From: an uncultured Bacteroidota bacterium
GTDB taxonomy: Bacteria; Bacteroidota; Bacteroidia; Chitinophagales; Chitinophagaceae
Assembly: GCA_937928385.1 (NCBI GenBank)
Contig: CALEZD010000079.1
Span: 296-64,295 of the forward strand
DNA: 64,000 bases
Reading direction: 5' to 3'
The translations under genes and the position numbers were made by a program. The notes beneath the pieces are model-generated. The model did not search any database and was not told the DNA's origin. It was given only the letters and a program-made list of their open reading frames with translations. Below are positions 1 to 11,017 of the stretch, one piece after another (within the stretch, counting starts at the first letter, position 1; each line of letters starts with the position of its first letter).

Positions 1-304
1 TTACGCAGATATTTATAGCAAACAAATATTATTTAGGTTTGAAAAAGGGAAAATAATAGCTATACCTTTTGAAGTTTATGATTTATAAATTGCTTGTTAA
101 ATAAGATAGTTAGTTTATCCCGCTGTTGGCGCAGAATACACCTCCACCATTAAATTCCCGCATATATTATTCGTTAATCCGTATTGTGTTGAATTATGCA
201 ACGTTTCTTATATGTTGATAACTTGTGTATTTTGACATGCCCTTAACATTGGCCCTGTGGCATAAGCGGTAAGTTTTCGTTATTTTTGATATAAATCGTG
301 AGAT

Positions 305-1717
305 ATGTATGATGATTTCATGGATGATGACTTGAATTCGCTGGATGATTTACTGAGGAGATACGAGGATGTGAAGAACGGAGAGTCGGCCGGCATAATG
401 GACGAAGAAGACTTTGAACGTGTTATTGAATACTACTTTCAGAACAGTAACGAAGAACAGGCCCTCCTGGCATGTGAAATAGCCCGCACTTATTACCCGT
501 TTTCCACTTCGGTATTATTATTAAGAGCAGAAATACTGGTACAGGCGCAAAAGTATGGCCAGGCAGTACATGCACTGGACGAACTGGAGCAATACGACCA
601 GGGCAACCTGGACGCTACGCTGCTGCGCTCTGATGTATTGGTCAGCCAGTTTAAATACGACCAGGCTGCTTTGTTCCTGGAGCAAAGGGCTGAAAACTTT
701 GAGGGCCGCGACAAAATAGAGGTGCTGCTGGAACTGACGGATGTGTATGACGAATGCGAGGAATTCGACGCGGTATTTGACACACTGCAACGTGTGCTGA
801 AAATTGACCCGCGCAATGAAGAGGGACTGCAAAAAATCTGCTTCTGGGCAGACTTTACCAAGCGTTTTGAAGACAGCATAACCGTACATACTACCATTAC
901 AGAAGAAGACCCTTATAACGCATTGGCATGGTTCAATATGGGTACAGCCTACCAGGGGTTGAAGCTGTATGAAAAAGCGATTGACTCCTACGAGTTTTGC
1001 GTGGCGATAGACGAGAAATTTGAATTTGCCTACCGCAATATGGCCGATGCCTATATGCGCCTGAAATGGTACGAGAAAGCCATAGAGGTGCTGGAAACAC
1101 ACATGGAACTGGCCAAGCCTGAGGATGTGATATTTGAAGCCATCGGCTACTGCTGGGAAAAGAAAAAGAATTTTCAACGGGCGAGGTATTTCTACCGCAA
1201 GGCTTCACAGCTGAGCCCGCAGGACGATAGTATATTCTATAAAATAGGCGAAACATACGCCCGCGAAAAGCAATGGGAAAAAGCGGTGAAAGCCTATTCA
1301 GTAGCATTGCACCTGGATAAGGACAACGCATCATATTGTATGGCTATTGGTAACTGCCTGATGGAAATGGACGCGGAAAACGAAGCATTGGTATGCTACC
1401 TGAACGCTGTAAAGCTGAAGCCGAATAATAAGACTACCTGGATGGCGCTGATAAAGGGCCTGTACCTGGCACACTATTATGATGAGGCGCTGACACAACT
1501 GGAAATAGCCCGCGAAAATTGCGGCGATAAGGCTGATTTCAGGTATTTTCACGCAGCATCTTTGCTGGAGCTGGGGAAATCAAAAGAGGCGTTGATACAA
1601 TTGGAAAAGGCGTTAAAAATTTCGCCGGCTAAAGTAAAAATGTTCACAGCGCTGAACCCTGAATACCTGCGCCGCAGTTCTGTGTCGGAACTGATAGCCC
1701 GGTACAAGAAGAAATAA
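305..1717 (+). CDS. TPR-repeat protein
   Basis: 470-aa ORF. It has repeated 34-residue helical motifs (e.g. ALAWFNMGTAYQGLKLYEKAIDSYEFCVAID, AYRNMADAYMRLKWYEKAIEVLE) typical of tetratricopeptide repeats. A hairpin follows at 1740-1769. Confidence 0.8.
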   Translation: MYDDFMDDDLNSLDDLLRRYEDVKNGESAGIMDEEDFERVIEYYFQNSNEEQALLACEIARTYYPFSTSVLLLRAEILVQAQKYGQAVHALDELEQYDQGNLDATLLRSDVLVSQFKYDQAALFLEQRAENFEGRDKIEVLLELTDVYDECEEFDAVFDTLQRVLKIDPRNEEGLQKICFWADFTKRFEDSITVHTTITEEDPYNALAWFNMGTAYQGLKLYEKAIDSYEFCVAIDEKFEFAYRNMADAYMRLKWYEKAIEVLETHMELAKPEDVIFEAIGYCWEKKKNFQRARYFYRKASQLSPQDDSIFYKIGETYAREKQWEKAVKAYSVALHLDKDNASYCMAIGNCLMEMDAENEALVCYLNAVKLKPNNKTTWMALIKGLYLAHYYDEALTQLEIARENCGDKADFRYFHAASLLELGKSKEALIQLEKALKISPAKVKMFTALNPEYLRRSSVSELIARYKKK

Positions 1718-1739
1718 TTCTCACATCATTTCGGAATAG

Positions 1740-1769
1740 ATAAGCCCCGGTTTTTAAGCCGGGGCTTAT
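1740..1769. terminator. Hairpin between convergent genes (possible bidirectional terminator)
   Basis: ATAAGCCCCGG (1740-1750) pairs with CCGGGGCTTAT (1759-1769) around an 8-nt loop. It lies between the stop of the TPR gene (+) and the stop of the SBP gene (-). There is no clean T-run. Confidence 0.5.
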
Positions 1770-1890
1770 CATTGTGTATGGCGTTAGCCCGATATTTACT
1801 TAGGCTAAAGCCGCCTTGATTAAATCATCTCCCCCTGACTTAAAAGTCAGGGCTATGGAAAAAATTTCATGCACTGCACCTGAAGTGCAA

Positions 1891-3528
1891 CTAATCTTTT
1901 AGCTGTACCCTTTTCAGGTCTATTACATTCATAGGTGTGGCGGCAAAGCCGCTGACACGCGGGCTGATGAAATGCGTCATCTGGTCGTAGAACAGGGGAA
2001 TGACCGGGGCGTTTTGCATTACTAAGCTGTCCATATTGCGGTATAATGTCCAGCGGGTGCTGTCGTTTTGCGCCAGCATAGCCTCATCGTACCAGCTGTT
2101 AAACTGAGGATGGTTGAAACGTGTGTAGTTGGGCGGGGCGGGCAGGTTGCCATTGAAGAATACCAGGTAAGTTTCCGCATCAGGATAATCGGCTATCCAT
2201 TGCCCGCGAAAGAATATGGCTTCCGACTTGCTCATCTGCTGCCGCAGTATATTCGACTGCATGATTTCTACCTCCACAGGTATGCCCACAGCCTGTAGCT
2301 GGTTGGCTACAAAATTTACAATATCTGCATATATATCCGGCGTAAGAACGGTAATGGGCGCTAAACCCTTGCCGCCCGGATAGCCTGCCTGCTCTAATAA
2401 TTCTGCTGCTTTGGCAGGATTATAATGATAGCCATAACTGTGCGCACTGTCGTAGCCGGGCATGCCCGCGGGTATAAAACCCGATGTAGCAGCTATGCCT
2501 ATTCCATTCCTGAAATAGGTGACGATTTTCTGCCTGTCCACAGCGTAGTTCATAGCTTGGCGCACCAGCACATTTTTTACAGGTGAGTTGGTCAGCAGTG
2601 CATTGGTGGTATCGGTGAGGAAACCTAAATATTCGGTATTCAGGTAAGTGCGTTTGCTCAGTACCAGTTTGTCTTTGTATTCTTCTTTCAGCTCACCCTT
2701 TTTTGTCAGCACCAGGTCTTTGAAAGAGCCGTCCAGTTCGTTCACAAAATCCAGTTCGCCCTGCAGGAAGCGGAAAAACTCGCTGGCCTTGCTGGTGGTG
2801 AAGCTGATTTTCACCGCATCCAGGTAAGGCAGGCTTGTGCTGTTATCATCCTGCTCGTGGTAACCGGGGTTTTTGTGCAGTATCAGCATATTGCCTTCAT
2901 CCCATAGTTCGAACATGAAAGGCCCTGTGCCACATGGATGTGTACGGAAGTCTTTGCCCCATTTACCCACCACTTCGTGCGGCACTATGCTGCAATATTG
3001 CATACTCAGTATCTCCGGCAACGGGCGGAAGGGGCGCAGCAGGTGAATGACGAATGTGGTATCATCTATGGCTACAAAGGGATTTTGCGCTGTGACACGG
3101 TCGTTGAATATCCATGCCCCGGGCGATGCGGTGGCGGGGTCAATAACCCGGTTGAAACTGTACACCACATCTGCGGCGGTCATTTTTCGTCCCTTCCCAC
3201 CTTCAAAAGCGGGATTGTCGTGGAAGTACACATCATTGCGCAGGATGAATGTATAGCTAAGGCCATCGGGGCTCATTGTCCAGCTTTTGGCCAGCGAGGG
3301 CACCAGGTGCAGGTTGCTGTCTGTAGCCACCAATGTATTGAACAGCATATTAGCCGTCCACATCATATACTGGTCTTTGGCAAATGCGGGGTCCAGCGAT
3401 TCCAGCGCCTTGCCCGACATATTCATGTGGAATACATTGTGCTCTTTATGCTGGCTACTGCCGCAAGCTGATAGTACCAGCAGTAGCGTCATACAGTAAT
3501 ATATACGGGAGCGAAACATAACACACAA
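1891..3528 (-). CDS. ABC-transporter substrate-binding lipoprotein, family 5 (oligopeptide/nickel type)
   Basis: 545-aa ORF with lipobox LLLVLSAC near the N-terminus. Size and motifs (LVPSLAKSW, AADVVYSF, GTGPFMF) fit the SBP_bac_5 fold. The true start is probably the Met at 3519. Confidence 0.8.
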   Translation of the reverse strand: MCVMFRSRIYYCMTLLLVLSACGSSQHKEHNVFHMNMSGKALESLDPAFAKDQYMMWTANMLFNTLVATDSNLHLVPSLAKSWTMSPDGLSYTFILRNDVYFHDNPAFEGGKGRKMTAADVVYSFNRVIDPATASPGAWIFNDRVTAQNPFVAIDDTTFVIHLLRPFRPLPEILSMQYCSIVPHEVVGKWGKDFRTHPCGTGPFMFELWDEGNMLILHKNPGYHEQDDNSTSLPYLDAVKISFTTSKASEFFRFLQGELDFVNELDGSFKDLVLTKKGELKEEYKDKLVLSKRTYLNTEYLGFLTDTTNALLTNSPVKNVLVRQAMNYAVDRQKIVTYFRNGIGIAATSGFIPAGMPGYDSAHSYGYHYNPAKAAELLEQAGYPGGKGLAPITVLTPDIYADIVNFVANQLQAVGIPVEVEIMQSNILRQQMSKSEAIFFRGQWIADYPDAETYLVFFNGNLPAPPNYTRFNHPQFNSWYDEAMLAQNDSTRWTLYRNMDSLVMQNAPVIPLFYDQMTHFISPRVSGFAATPMNVIDLKRVQLKD

Positions 3529-3719
3529 GATAATAGTAAATTGTTAAGCCATAGTGCAACAGAGCTGCCAACTGTTATACAATACATAATATTCTGTTAA
3601 CTATTCCTGTGATTATTAAGTTATTATGGAATTTTGCAGCCTACCTCATCTAAATAGTACAAGCAATTGCGGGCATAAACAGTTATTTTTGCCGCACATT
3701 TTAAAAAACGGGTGTATAT

Positions 3720-3947
3720 ATGAATCCGGACGAAAGAAGGATACACAATAAGGGCAATGGTTTTCGCGGGGCTGCGCATATCGGCATTGGCCTGCTGTAC
3801 ATTGCGGTGGGTTGCATGGTAGGCTATTATAAAACCTTTGGTGCCATCGTTCTTTCTAATACAGTGGCTTACAGCATAACCGCACTTATGGTGCTCTATG
3901 GAGTATTCAGAATATACCGGGGCTGGATGGATATGAGACGGAGCTAA
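3720..3947 (+). CDS. Small two-TM membrane protein (hypothetical)
   Basis: 75-aa ORF with two hydrophobic helices (IGIGLLYIAVGCMVGYY, AYSITALMVLYGVF), directly upstream of the binding-protein gene. It competes with a low-complexity antisense ORF at 3624-4010. Confidence 0.45.
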   Translation: MNPDERRIHNKGNGFRGAAHIGIGLLYIAVGCMVGYYKTFGAIVLSNTVAYSITALMVLYGVFRIYRGWMDMRRS

Positions 3948-3995
3948 GAATTGACAGAACAGTGACGCCGCTGTTAAATTAATGTTACAAGATAA

Positions 3996-4949
3996 ATGAG
4001 CATAACACATATAAATAAAATAATGCCTAAAATTGCGATTATGAAATCTGGCAGGTTGGTTTTGGCGCTTGGAATTTTGATGCTCTCAGCAATTAGTTGT
4101 GGTGAAGACAAAGCTAAAGACAAACCAACAGATACACTCACAAGCGGCACTATAGATATTTCTGTAGACGAAACTTACCGCCACGTTATACAGGAACAAC
4201 TGGAAGTATTTGACAGCAGCTACCCTGATGCTAAAATAAATGTGCAGTACAAGCCGGAGAGCGAATGTATCAAAGATTTTATGGATGGTAAAGTGAGGAT
4301 GATACTGGTGACACGTGACCTGGGTGCTGATGAAAAGGCAGTACTGGAAGGTAAGAAAATAGTGCCCACATCGCTGGATATTGCCAAAGATGCGGTAGCG
4401 GTAGTTGTAAACAATAAGAATGAAGATACCGTCTTCAGCATAACACAATTGAAAGGCATACTTACAGGGCAGTATAGCAAGAAATACAACGTGGTATTTG
4501 ACAACCCCGGTTCCAGCACGTTGAGGTATATGCTCGACTCGCTGATACCGGGCGAAAAGTTGGGCGATAATGTTTATGCGGCAAAAGGCAATGATTCTGT
4601 GATACAGTATGTAGTGGATAACCCCGATGCTATAGGTTTTGTAAGTGTGAGCCATATCAGTGATTATGAAGACCCCGAAGGGCTGGCGTTTATCAGCAGT
4701 GTGAAGGTAGCCACGATATTCAACGACAGCTTAGACAAAGGCTACAAACCTTACCAGGTTTATATAGCTCCGGAATGGTACCCGTTGACGCGCAAGCTGT
4801 ATTATGTACACCGCGATACCTACTCCGGACTCGCGGCGGGTTTTGCCAAGTTCCTGAGAGAGCAGCGCGGGCAGCTGGTGTTCAAACAGGCGAGGCTGTT
4901 CCCTACCAGGGTGAATATCATCTTCAGGGAAGCAGGCATGAACCAATAA
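3996..4949 (+). CDS. PstS-family (PBP-like-2) periplasmic binding lipoprotein
   Basis: 317-aa ORF with lipobox LSAISCG. Motifs GTIDISVDETY, MILVTRDL and DAIGFVSVSHI are typical of phosphate-binding-protein-like fold. The start may be the internal Met (MKSGRL). Confidence 0.7.
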   Translation: MSITHINKIMPKIAIMKSGRLVLALGILMLSAISCGEDKAKDKPTDTLTSGTIDISVDETYRHVIQEQLEVFDSSYPDAKINVQYKPESECIKDFMDGKVRMILVTRDLGADEKAVLEGKKIVPTSLDIAKDAVAVVVNNKNEDTVFSITQLKGILTGQYSKKYNVVFDNPGSSTLRYMLDSLIPGEKLGDNVYAAKGNDSVIQYVVDNPDAIGFVSVSHISDYEDPEGLAFISSVKVATIFNDSLDKGYKPYQVYIAPEWYPLTRKLYYVHRDTYSGLAAGFAKFLREQRGQLVFKQARLFPTRVNIIFREAGMNQ

Positions 4950-4999
4950 TATTTTTTTAATCAAAAGCGTATATATAAAAAGAACTATACCTAAACAAG

Positions 5000-6628
5000 G
5001 TGTCTAAAAAGATGAAAATGAAACAACTGATAGTAACTATTGCTGCTGCGGCCATGACGATAACCGCCACAGCACAGTCGTTGGAAGAAGGAATGAAAAT
5101 GTACAGGTATGAAAGGTATGCCAGTGCGAAAAAGATTTTACAACCACTATCTGCTACCGATGCTGCAGCTAACTATTACTACGGCCTGTCAGAATTGCAA
5201 CTGGGTAATGCTGATGCGGCGCTCAATGCATTTGTAAAATACCCCGAGGACTATGCCAACATCAGCGGCACGGTGAGGGTGAAGTTTGCTGTAGAAGGCG
5301 AAGCGGCGGGTATGCAGGCAGCACAGGCGCTGGCAGATATGGGCAAGAAAAAAGACTGGATACAGAAAAGATATGCTGCCGATGCCATCAATTATTCAAA
5401 AGGTGGTAATAAGCAACTGGCTGTAGACTGGTATAATGAGGTGCTGGAAAAAATGGTTACACCTGAATTGCTGGTAGCCTCAGGAGATGCCTACCTGCAG
5501 GTAAACGGTGGCGGTGGCCAGGCTATGACCAATTACGAAAAAGCCGTGGAGAAAGACCCGAACAACTCGCTGGCATATTCACGCATGGGTAAGCTGATGT
5601 ATAACGCCCGTAACTACGATAAAGCGCTGGAGCACTGGAATAAAGCACAAGAGGTAGACCCTACCAATCCGCTGCCTTACCGCGATATGGCTTATGCTTA
5701 CACTTACGTAGGAAAATATGAGCTGGCGAAAGAGAATATGGAAAAATATCTTGAATACTCTGATAAGTCTCTGGCGGATCAATATACTTATGCGGAAATA
5801 CTATACCAGGCTAAATATTTCCAGGAAGCGATTAATAAAATCAATGAGCTGAGGGGCCAGGGTTTAAACAAGTTAAGGTCTTATGGTATACTAGCCTACA
5901 GCTATATGGAACTGAAAGATTCAGATGCTGCACAAAAAGCTTTGGAAAATGCGCGTATTTATTTTGGCAACCAGAAGCCTGAAGAAATATTCACTAAAGA
6001 CTACCTGAAACAGGGACAGATATACCTGATGAATAACCTGGGGGACTCTGCAAACATAGCTTTCAGCAAATCGCTGAGCATGGATACAAGTGGTAACAAG
6101 ATAGAAGCCTACCGTGAAATCGCTGAATCATTCCGTAGCAACAGGGACTGGATAAACGCCGGCAAATGGTATGAAAAAATCTACGCAGACCTTGCCGAAG
6201 TAGCTACTGCCAATGATTATTTCTGGGGTGGTTATAGCTATTACCTGTCTATAACTACTGAGGGTATAGATACAGCGGCTATGCTGCAGAAAGCAGATAC
6301 TATTTTCGGAACTATGATAGTTAAGTTTCCTGAGCAGCCTTCGGGCTACTACTGGAGGGGGCGTGTAAATGCTGCGCGTGATGCTGAAGGCGAAAAATGC
6401 CTGGCAGCACCTTATTTTGAAACCTGGCTGGGGCTTGAAGTAGAAGGTGTTAAAAAGTCTGATAAAGATTTGCTGGTAGCCTATCAATACCTTGCATTGT
6501 GCAAATTCAGAACGAGCGTGTATGCAGAAGCTGTAAAATATGCTGACCTTATTTTGGCTATAGACCCCAACAACGAGTTTGGTAAACAGATAAAAGAGCT
6601 GGGTGAAAAGGAAATGAAAAAAGGATAA
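5000..6628 (+). CDS. Secreted TPR-repeat protein
   Basis: 542-aa ORF (GTG start in the track; ATG at 5012 is also possible). It has signal peptide LIVTIAAAAMTITATAQ and multiple TPR-like motifs (NSLAYSRMGKLMYNARNYDKALEHWNKAQEVDP). Confidence 0.75.
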   Translation: MSKKMKMKQLIVTIAAAAMTITATAQSLEEGMKMYRYERYASAKKILQPLSATDAAANYYYGLSELQLGNADAALNAFVKYPEDYANISGTVRVKFAVEGEAAGMQAAQALADMGKKKDWIQKRYAADAINYSKGGNKQLAVDWYNEVLEKMVTPELLVASGDAYLQVNGGGGQAMTNYEKAVEKDPNNSLAYSRMGKLMYNARNYDKALEHWNKAQEVDPTNPLPYRDMAYAYTYVGKYELAKENMEKYLEYSDKSLADQYTYAEILYQAKYFQEAINKINELRGQGLNKLRSYGILAYSYMELKDSDAAQKALENARIYFGNQKPEEIFTKDYLKQGQIYLMNNLGDSANIAFSKSLSMDTSGNKIEAYREIAESFRSNRDWINAGKWYEKIYADLAEVATANDYFWGGYSYYLSITTEGIDTAAMLQKADTIFGTMIVKFPEQPSGYYWRGRVNAARDAEGEKCLAAPYFETWLGLEVEGVKKSDKDLLVAYQYLALCKFRTSVYAEAVKYADLILAIDPNNEFGKQIKELGEKEMKKG

Positions 6629-6647
6629 TACCATCCGGGTAAACTAT

Positions 6648-6691
6648 AAAAAGAGAAAGCGTCCCATATATGCGGGACGCTTTCTCTTTTT
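6648..6691. terminator. Bidirectional rho-independent terminator
   Basis: AAAAAGAGAAAGCGTCCC (6648-6665) and GGGACGCTTTCTCTTTTT (6674-6691) form a perfect 18-nt inverted repeat with an 8-nt loop. A-run/T-run flanks are built in. It sits between the convergent TPR gene and clpC. Confidence 0.85.
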
Positions 6692-6709
6692 ATGAAAAAC
6701 TACTCATTA

Positions 6710-9247
6710 CTACTCTGCTTCTTTAGATTCACTTTTCTTTGAGGGTTTCTCTATTTTGAAAGTGAGTTTGCCTTCTTTTTCATCAAAGTCGGCCACTACA
6801 GTATCGCCTTCTTTTATCTTCTGGTTCAGCAGTTCTTCGGCCAGCGGGTCTTCCAGGTATTTCTGTATAGCCCTGTGCAGCGGCCTTGCACCAAACTGCT
6901 GGTCGTAGCCTTTTTCTGCTATGAACTTCTTAGCTGCCTCTTTCAGGTCCAGTTTGAAGCCCAGCGCCCCCAGACGCTTCAGCACATCTTTCATAATGAT
7001 GTCTATAATCAGCGCTATATGGCTTTCGTCCAGCTGGTTGAAGATAATCACATCATCTATCCTGTTGAGGAACTCGGGTGAGAAGGTACGCTTCAGGGCT
7101 TTCTCTATTACGCCCTTGCTTGCATCTTCTGCATTTTCTGCCCTGGCTGATGTGGTAAAGCCTACGCCTGCGCCAAAGTCTTTTAGCTGGCGTACGCCTA
7201 TGTTCGATGTCATGATGATCATCGTATTCTTAAAGTCTACTTTACGGCCCAGGCCGTCAGTCAGTTGGCCATCGTCCAGCACCTGCAGCAGTATGTTGAA
7301 TATATCCGGGTGCGCTTTTTCTATCTCGTCCAGCAGCACTACAGAGTAAGGCTTGCGGCGTACTTTTTCAGTAAGCTGTCCGCCCTCTTCGTAACCCACA
7401 TAACCCGGAGGCGCGCCTATCAGGCGGCTGAGTGAGAATTTTTCCATGTACTCACTCATATCCACGCGTATCAGGGCATCGTCACTGTCGAACATGTGGC
7501 GTGCCAGTGCACGGGCAAGTTCTGTTTTACCCACACCCGTTGGCCCCAGGAATATAAAGGAACCTATTGGCTTGCGGGGGTCTTTCAACCCCACCCTGTT
7601 TCGCTGTATGGCTTTCACCACTTTGCTTATCGCTTCGTCCTGGCCTATTACTGCACCTTTCAGGTCGTCGCCCATGCGGCGCAGTTTATGGCTTTCAGCC
7701 TCTACCATGCGCATTACCGGTATGCCGGTCATCATGCTGATGACTTCGGCAATATGTTCTTCGTTAATGGGGTAGCGCTTGCTCTTCGATTCTTCTTCCC
7801 ACTCAGCTTTAGCTTTGTCCAGCTCTTCGCCCAGGCGCTTTTCTTTATCGCGCAGTGCGGCGGCTTCTTCAAAACGCTGGCTCTTTACTACTTTATTCTT
7901 CTCTTGTTTGATGTCTTCTATCTTCTTCTCCAGGTCCAGTATGTTCTGCGGCACATTGATGTTCTTCAGGTGTACGCGCGCGCCTACTTCGTCCATTACG
8001 TCTATTGCTTTGTCGGGCAGCAGGCGGTCGGTCATATACCTGTCGCTCAGCTTCACGCAGGCTTCTATCGATTCCTGGTCGTAGTTGACATTATGGAAGT
8101 CTTCGTATTTCGATTTGATATTGTTCAGTATAGTTATGGTTTCTTCCACGCTTGGCGGGTCTACCATCACCTTCTGGAAACGGCGGTCTAAGGCACCGTC
8201 TTTCTCAATATACATACGGTACTCATCCAGCGTAGAAGCGCCTATGCATTGCAGGTCGCCACGCGCCAGTGCAGGTTTGAATATATTGGATGCATCCAGC
8301 GAGCCGGAAGCGCCACCCGCACCTACTATGGTATGTATCTCGTCAATAAAGAGGATGACATCGCGGTTCTTTTCCAGTTCGTTCATGATGGCTTTCATCC
8401 TTTCTTCAAACTGCCCGCGGTATTTGGTACCTGCCACCAATGCAGCCAGGTCCAGGCTGATAACACGTTTGTCGAACAACACACGCGATACTTTGCGCTG
8501 AACAATACGCAGCGCCAGGCCCTCTACTATAGCTGTTTTACCCACGCCGGGTTCGCCTATCAATATAGGGTTGTTCTTTTTCCTGCGGGATAGTATCTGA
8601 GATACGCGTTCTATTTCTTTTTCCCTGCCTACTATGGGGTCCAGGTTGCCCAGCTCTGCCATTTTGGTGATGTCCCTGCCAAAATTGTCCAGTACTGGTG
8701 TTTTTGACTTGGTATTGCCAGCTTGGCGGCGTTGCTGAAATTGGCGACGTTCGTCATCTTCCTCAAATTCCTCAGAGCCCGGGTCGTTGTAATCGCCACG
8801 GGGAGCTTCTCCCTGAACTATGCCCAGTTCGCTTTTGAATTTCTCATAATCCACTTCGTACTGGTGCAATATCTGGGTAGCCACGTTCTCTTTGTTCTTC
8901 AGGATTGACAGCATCAGGTGCTCTGTTTCTACCGTAGGGCTTTTCAGCGCCTTAGCTTCCAGTACTGTAATACGTATTACCTTCTCCGCCTGCTTGGTCA
9001 GGGGCAGGCTGTTGATATTTGCCAATGGCTTGTTGCCTTTGTCGCGGATAGCCATTTCCAGTTCCTTACGGAGGTCAAAGAGGTCTACGTGCAGGGTTTG
9101 CAGCACTTTAACCGCAAGTCCTTCCCCATCTCTTATCAGGCCCAGCAACAAGTGTTCGGTGCCAATGAAATCATTGCCCAATCTCAGCGCTTCCTCGCGG
9201 CTGTAGGAAATGATCTCTTTTACTTTCGGCGAAAAATTCTGATCCAT
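6710..9247 (-). CDS. clpC: ATP-dependent Clp protease ATP-binding subunit ClpC
   Basis: 845-aa ORF. It has duplicated N-terminal Clp_N repeat ([16 protein letters not shown] / [12 protein letters not shown]). There are two AAA+ modules with Walker [10 protein letters not shown] and GPTGVGKTE, a coiled-coil linker and ClpB_D2-small C-terminus. Confidence 0.93.
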   Translation of the reverse strand: MDQNFSPKVKEIISYSREEALRLGNDFIGTEHLLLGLIRDGEGLAVKVLQTLHVDLFDLRKELEMAIRDKGNKPLANINSLPLTKQAEKVIRITVLEAKALKSPTVETEHLMLSILKNKENVATQILHQYEVDYEKFKSELGIVQGEAPRGDYNDPGSEEFEEDDERRQFQQRRQAGNTKSKTPVLDNFGRDITKMAELGNLDPIVGREKEIERVSQILSRRKKNNPILIGEPGVGKTAIVEGLALRIVQRKVSRVLFDKRVISLDLAALVAGTKYRGQFEERMKAIMNELEKNRDVILFIDEIHTIVGAGGASGSLDASNIFKPALARGDLQCIGASTLDEYRMYIEKDGALDRRFQKVMVDPPSVEETITILNNIKSKYEDFHNVNYDQESIEACVKLSDRYMTDRLLPDKAIDVMDEVGARVHLKNINVPQNILDLEKKIEDIKQEKNKVVKSQRFEEAAALRDKEKRLGEELDKAKAEWEEESKSKRYPINEEHIAEVISMMTGIPVMRMVEAESHKLRRMGDDLKGAVIGQDEAISKVVKAIQRNRVGLKDPRKPIGSFIFLGPTGVGKTELARALARHMFDSDDALIRVDMSEYMEKFSLSRLIGAPPGYVGYEEGGQLTEKVRRKPYSVVLLDEIEKAHPDIFNILLQVLDDGQLTDGLGRKVDFKNTMIIMTSNIGVRQLKDFGAGVGFTTSARAENAEDASKGVIEKALKRTFSPEFLNRIDDVIIFNQLDESHIALIIDIIMKDVLKRLGALGFKLDLKEAAKKFIAEKGYDQQFGARPLHRAIQKYLEDPLAEELLNQKIKEGDTVVADFDEKEGKLTFKIEKPSKKSESKEAE

Positions 9248-9424
9248 TAATAAAGTCCTCGCTTTGTTTTTATAAAATTAACGAATAATCCGGTGTAGCT
9301 GGTATTAAGATTGGTTATATTCATATTGCTAACAACACATACTACAATATAAAACAAATAATACCGTGGAAATGTTATTTTTAATTAATGCTATTTTACA
9401 CTCCTGTTACTTAAACTACATTTT

Positions 9425-9799
9425 ATGGAGTTCAAATTTGATACCAAAACAACATATACGGTAATAACACCACAGACGGATGTGCTGGATAATAATTTGA
9501 CTGGCAAGCTGGCAGAGTTAATTAAAGCAGATTACGGCATTGACAGTAATAACTTCATTATTGACCTACAACATTGTATATCAGCCGACAATACGTCATT
9601 GGGAGGCTTGTTGCAGGTACACGATGATTGTTATGCCGCGCTGCGCTCTTTTGTACTCACCGGTACCCAACCCGAAGTATTGAAATTATTACAAAGCAAT
9701 GACGCTGCAGATAAACTAAACATTGCCCCTACCATGCAAGAGGCGGTAGATATCATCAGTATGGAAATACTGGAGAGGGATTTGTTGAGCGAAGAATAG
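9425..9799 (+). CDS. STAS-domain protein (anti-sigma-factor-antagonist-like)
   Basis: 124-aa ORF. The pattern IIDLQHCISADNTSLGGLL ... VLTGTQPEVLKLLQSNDAADKLNIAPTMQEAV matches the STAS beta-alpha layout. Confidence 0.55.
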   Translation: MEFKFDTKTTYTVITPQTDVLDNNLTGKLAELIKADYGIDSNNFIIDLQHCISADNTSLGGLLQVHDDCYAALRSFVLTGTQPEVLKLLQSNDAADKLNIAPTMQEAVDIISMEILERDLLSEE

Positions 9800-10050
9800 A
9801 CATTTATCGTATTTTTTTAAACAAAAACGGCTAAAATTGCATAATCAGGAAAAATGCGCGATTTTGCTGTACTTCCATTCTATAACTGTAACGCCCTGTT
9901 AATCTGTAGTTTTTTGGTATAAGGCGTTGATATGAAACGAGGATATAAGAGTTCAGGTTTTGCACTCAGGGAAATAAAGATTGGGCGGTTTTACATTTTA
10001 CTAAGCTTCCGCGGGTACCATCTGGCCGCTGGAAAGAAAATTGTTGTCAG

Positions 10051-10953
10051 ATGAATGTAACCATACTGGGAAATAACTCTGCATTACCGGCATTTGGCCG
10101 CAACCCAACAGCACAGGTGGTATCGGTATATGGTGAGCATCTGTTGATTGATTGCGGCGAAGGCACGCAGGTGCAGATGCAAAAGCACGGTATAAAGTGG
10201 AGTAAGCTGAATCATATATTCATCAGCCACCTGCATGGCGACCATTACTTCGGCTTGCCCGGGCTTATCAACAGTATGAGCTTGCTGGGCAGGCAGGCGG
10301 ACTTGCACCTGTACGCCCCTGCACCCATCATGCCCATGTTGCAAAATATACTCGATTGGGCCGATACGGTACTGACTTACCGGTTGCACTTTCACCCCAT
10401 GCCGGAGGGAAACGAATTATTGGTAGAAACTGATAATTTCAAAGTCACCTGCTTCCCTGTAGAGCACCGCATCGCCTGCCATGGTTTTTTGGTAGAAAGC
10501 AAAACCCGGGGAAGGAAAATTTTGCCCGCACAGTGCCGCGATTATGAGATACCCCGCTATTATTATGATAAGTTGAAGCAAGGAGAAGACTACGAGCACA
10601 AAGACGGTACGATTATTAAAAATGAATGGGTAACTACCGAAGGCCCTGAAGTGAAGAAATACGCTTTTTGCGCAGACACCCTGTTTACGGATTCTTTTAT
10701 ACCTTATATACAGGGTGTGGATACCATTTACCACGAAACCACCTACCTGCATGAAGATGCTGAGAAAGCCAAAGCGCGCTACCACAGTACACCCGTGCAG
10801 GCGGCTGAAGTGGCTAAAATGGCCGGCGCCAAACAGTTGCTTATAGGCCATTTCTCATCCAAGTACCGCGAGTTAGCCCCCTTTCGTGAACAGGCTATGA
10901 CAGTGTTCCCTAATACCCTGGTAGCAATAGAGGGGAATTGTTATGATATATAA
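10051..10953 (+). CDS. rnz: Ribonuclease Z
   Basis: 300-aa metallo-beta-lactamase fold with the HxHxDH motif (SHLHGDHYFGLPGL) and C-terminal LLIGHFSSKY. Length and layout are typical of short RNase Z. Confidence 0.85.
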   Translation: MNVTILGNNSALPAFGRNPTAQVVSVYGEHLLIDCGEGTQVQMQKHGIKWSKLNHIFISHLHGDHYFGLPGLINSMSLLGRQADLHLYAPAPIMPMLQNILDWADTVLTYRLHFHPMPEGNELLVETDNFKVTCFPVEHRIACHGFLVESKTRGRKILPAQCRDYEIPRYYYDKLKQGEDYEHKDGTIIKNEWVTTEGPEVKKYAFCADTLFTDSFIPYIQGVDTIYHETTYLHEDAEKAKARYHSTPVQAAEVAKMAGAKQLLIGHFSSKYRELAPFREQAMTVFPNTLVAIEGNCYDI

Positions 10954-11017
10954 GACATAACCGGGAGTTAGGTCACTACTATAAAAATGATACTTTTGAC
11001 GCCGATATATAGCCAGG

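Noticed and set aside
3624-4010. 128-aa minus-strand ORF overlapping the small membrane-protein ORF and the binding-protein start
   Set aside because: It has no signal, motif or plausible operon context. It spans an intergenic promoter region and conflicts with two better-supported plus-strand genes.
6875-9250. Series of 60-230-aa plus-strand ORFs across clpC
   Set aside because: All are antisense shadows of a highly conserved AAA+ gene. Their Ser/Phe/Leu-rich translations show no domain signatures.
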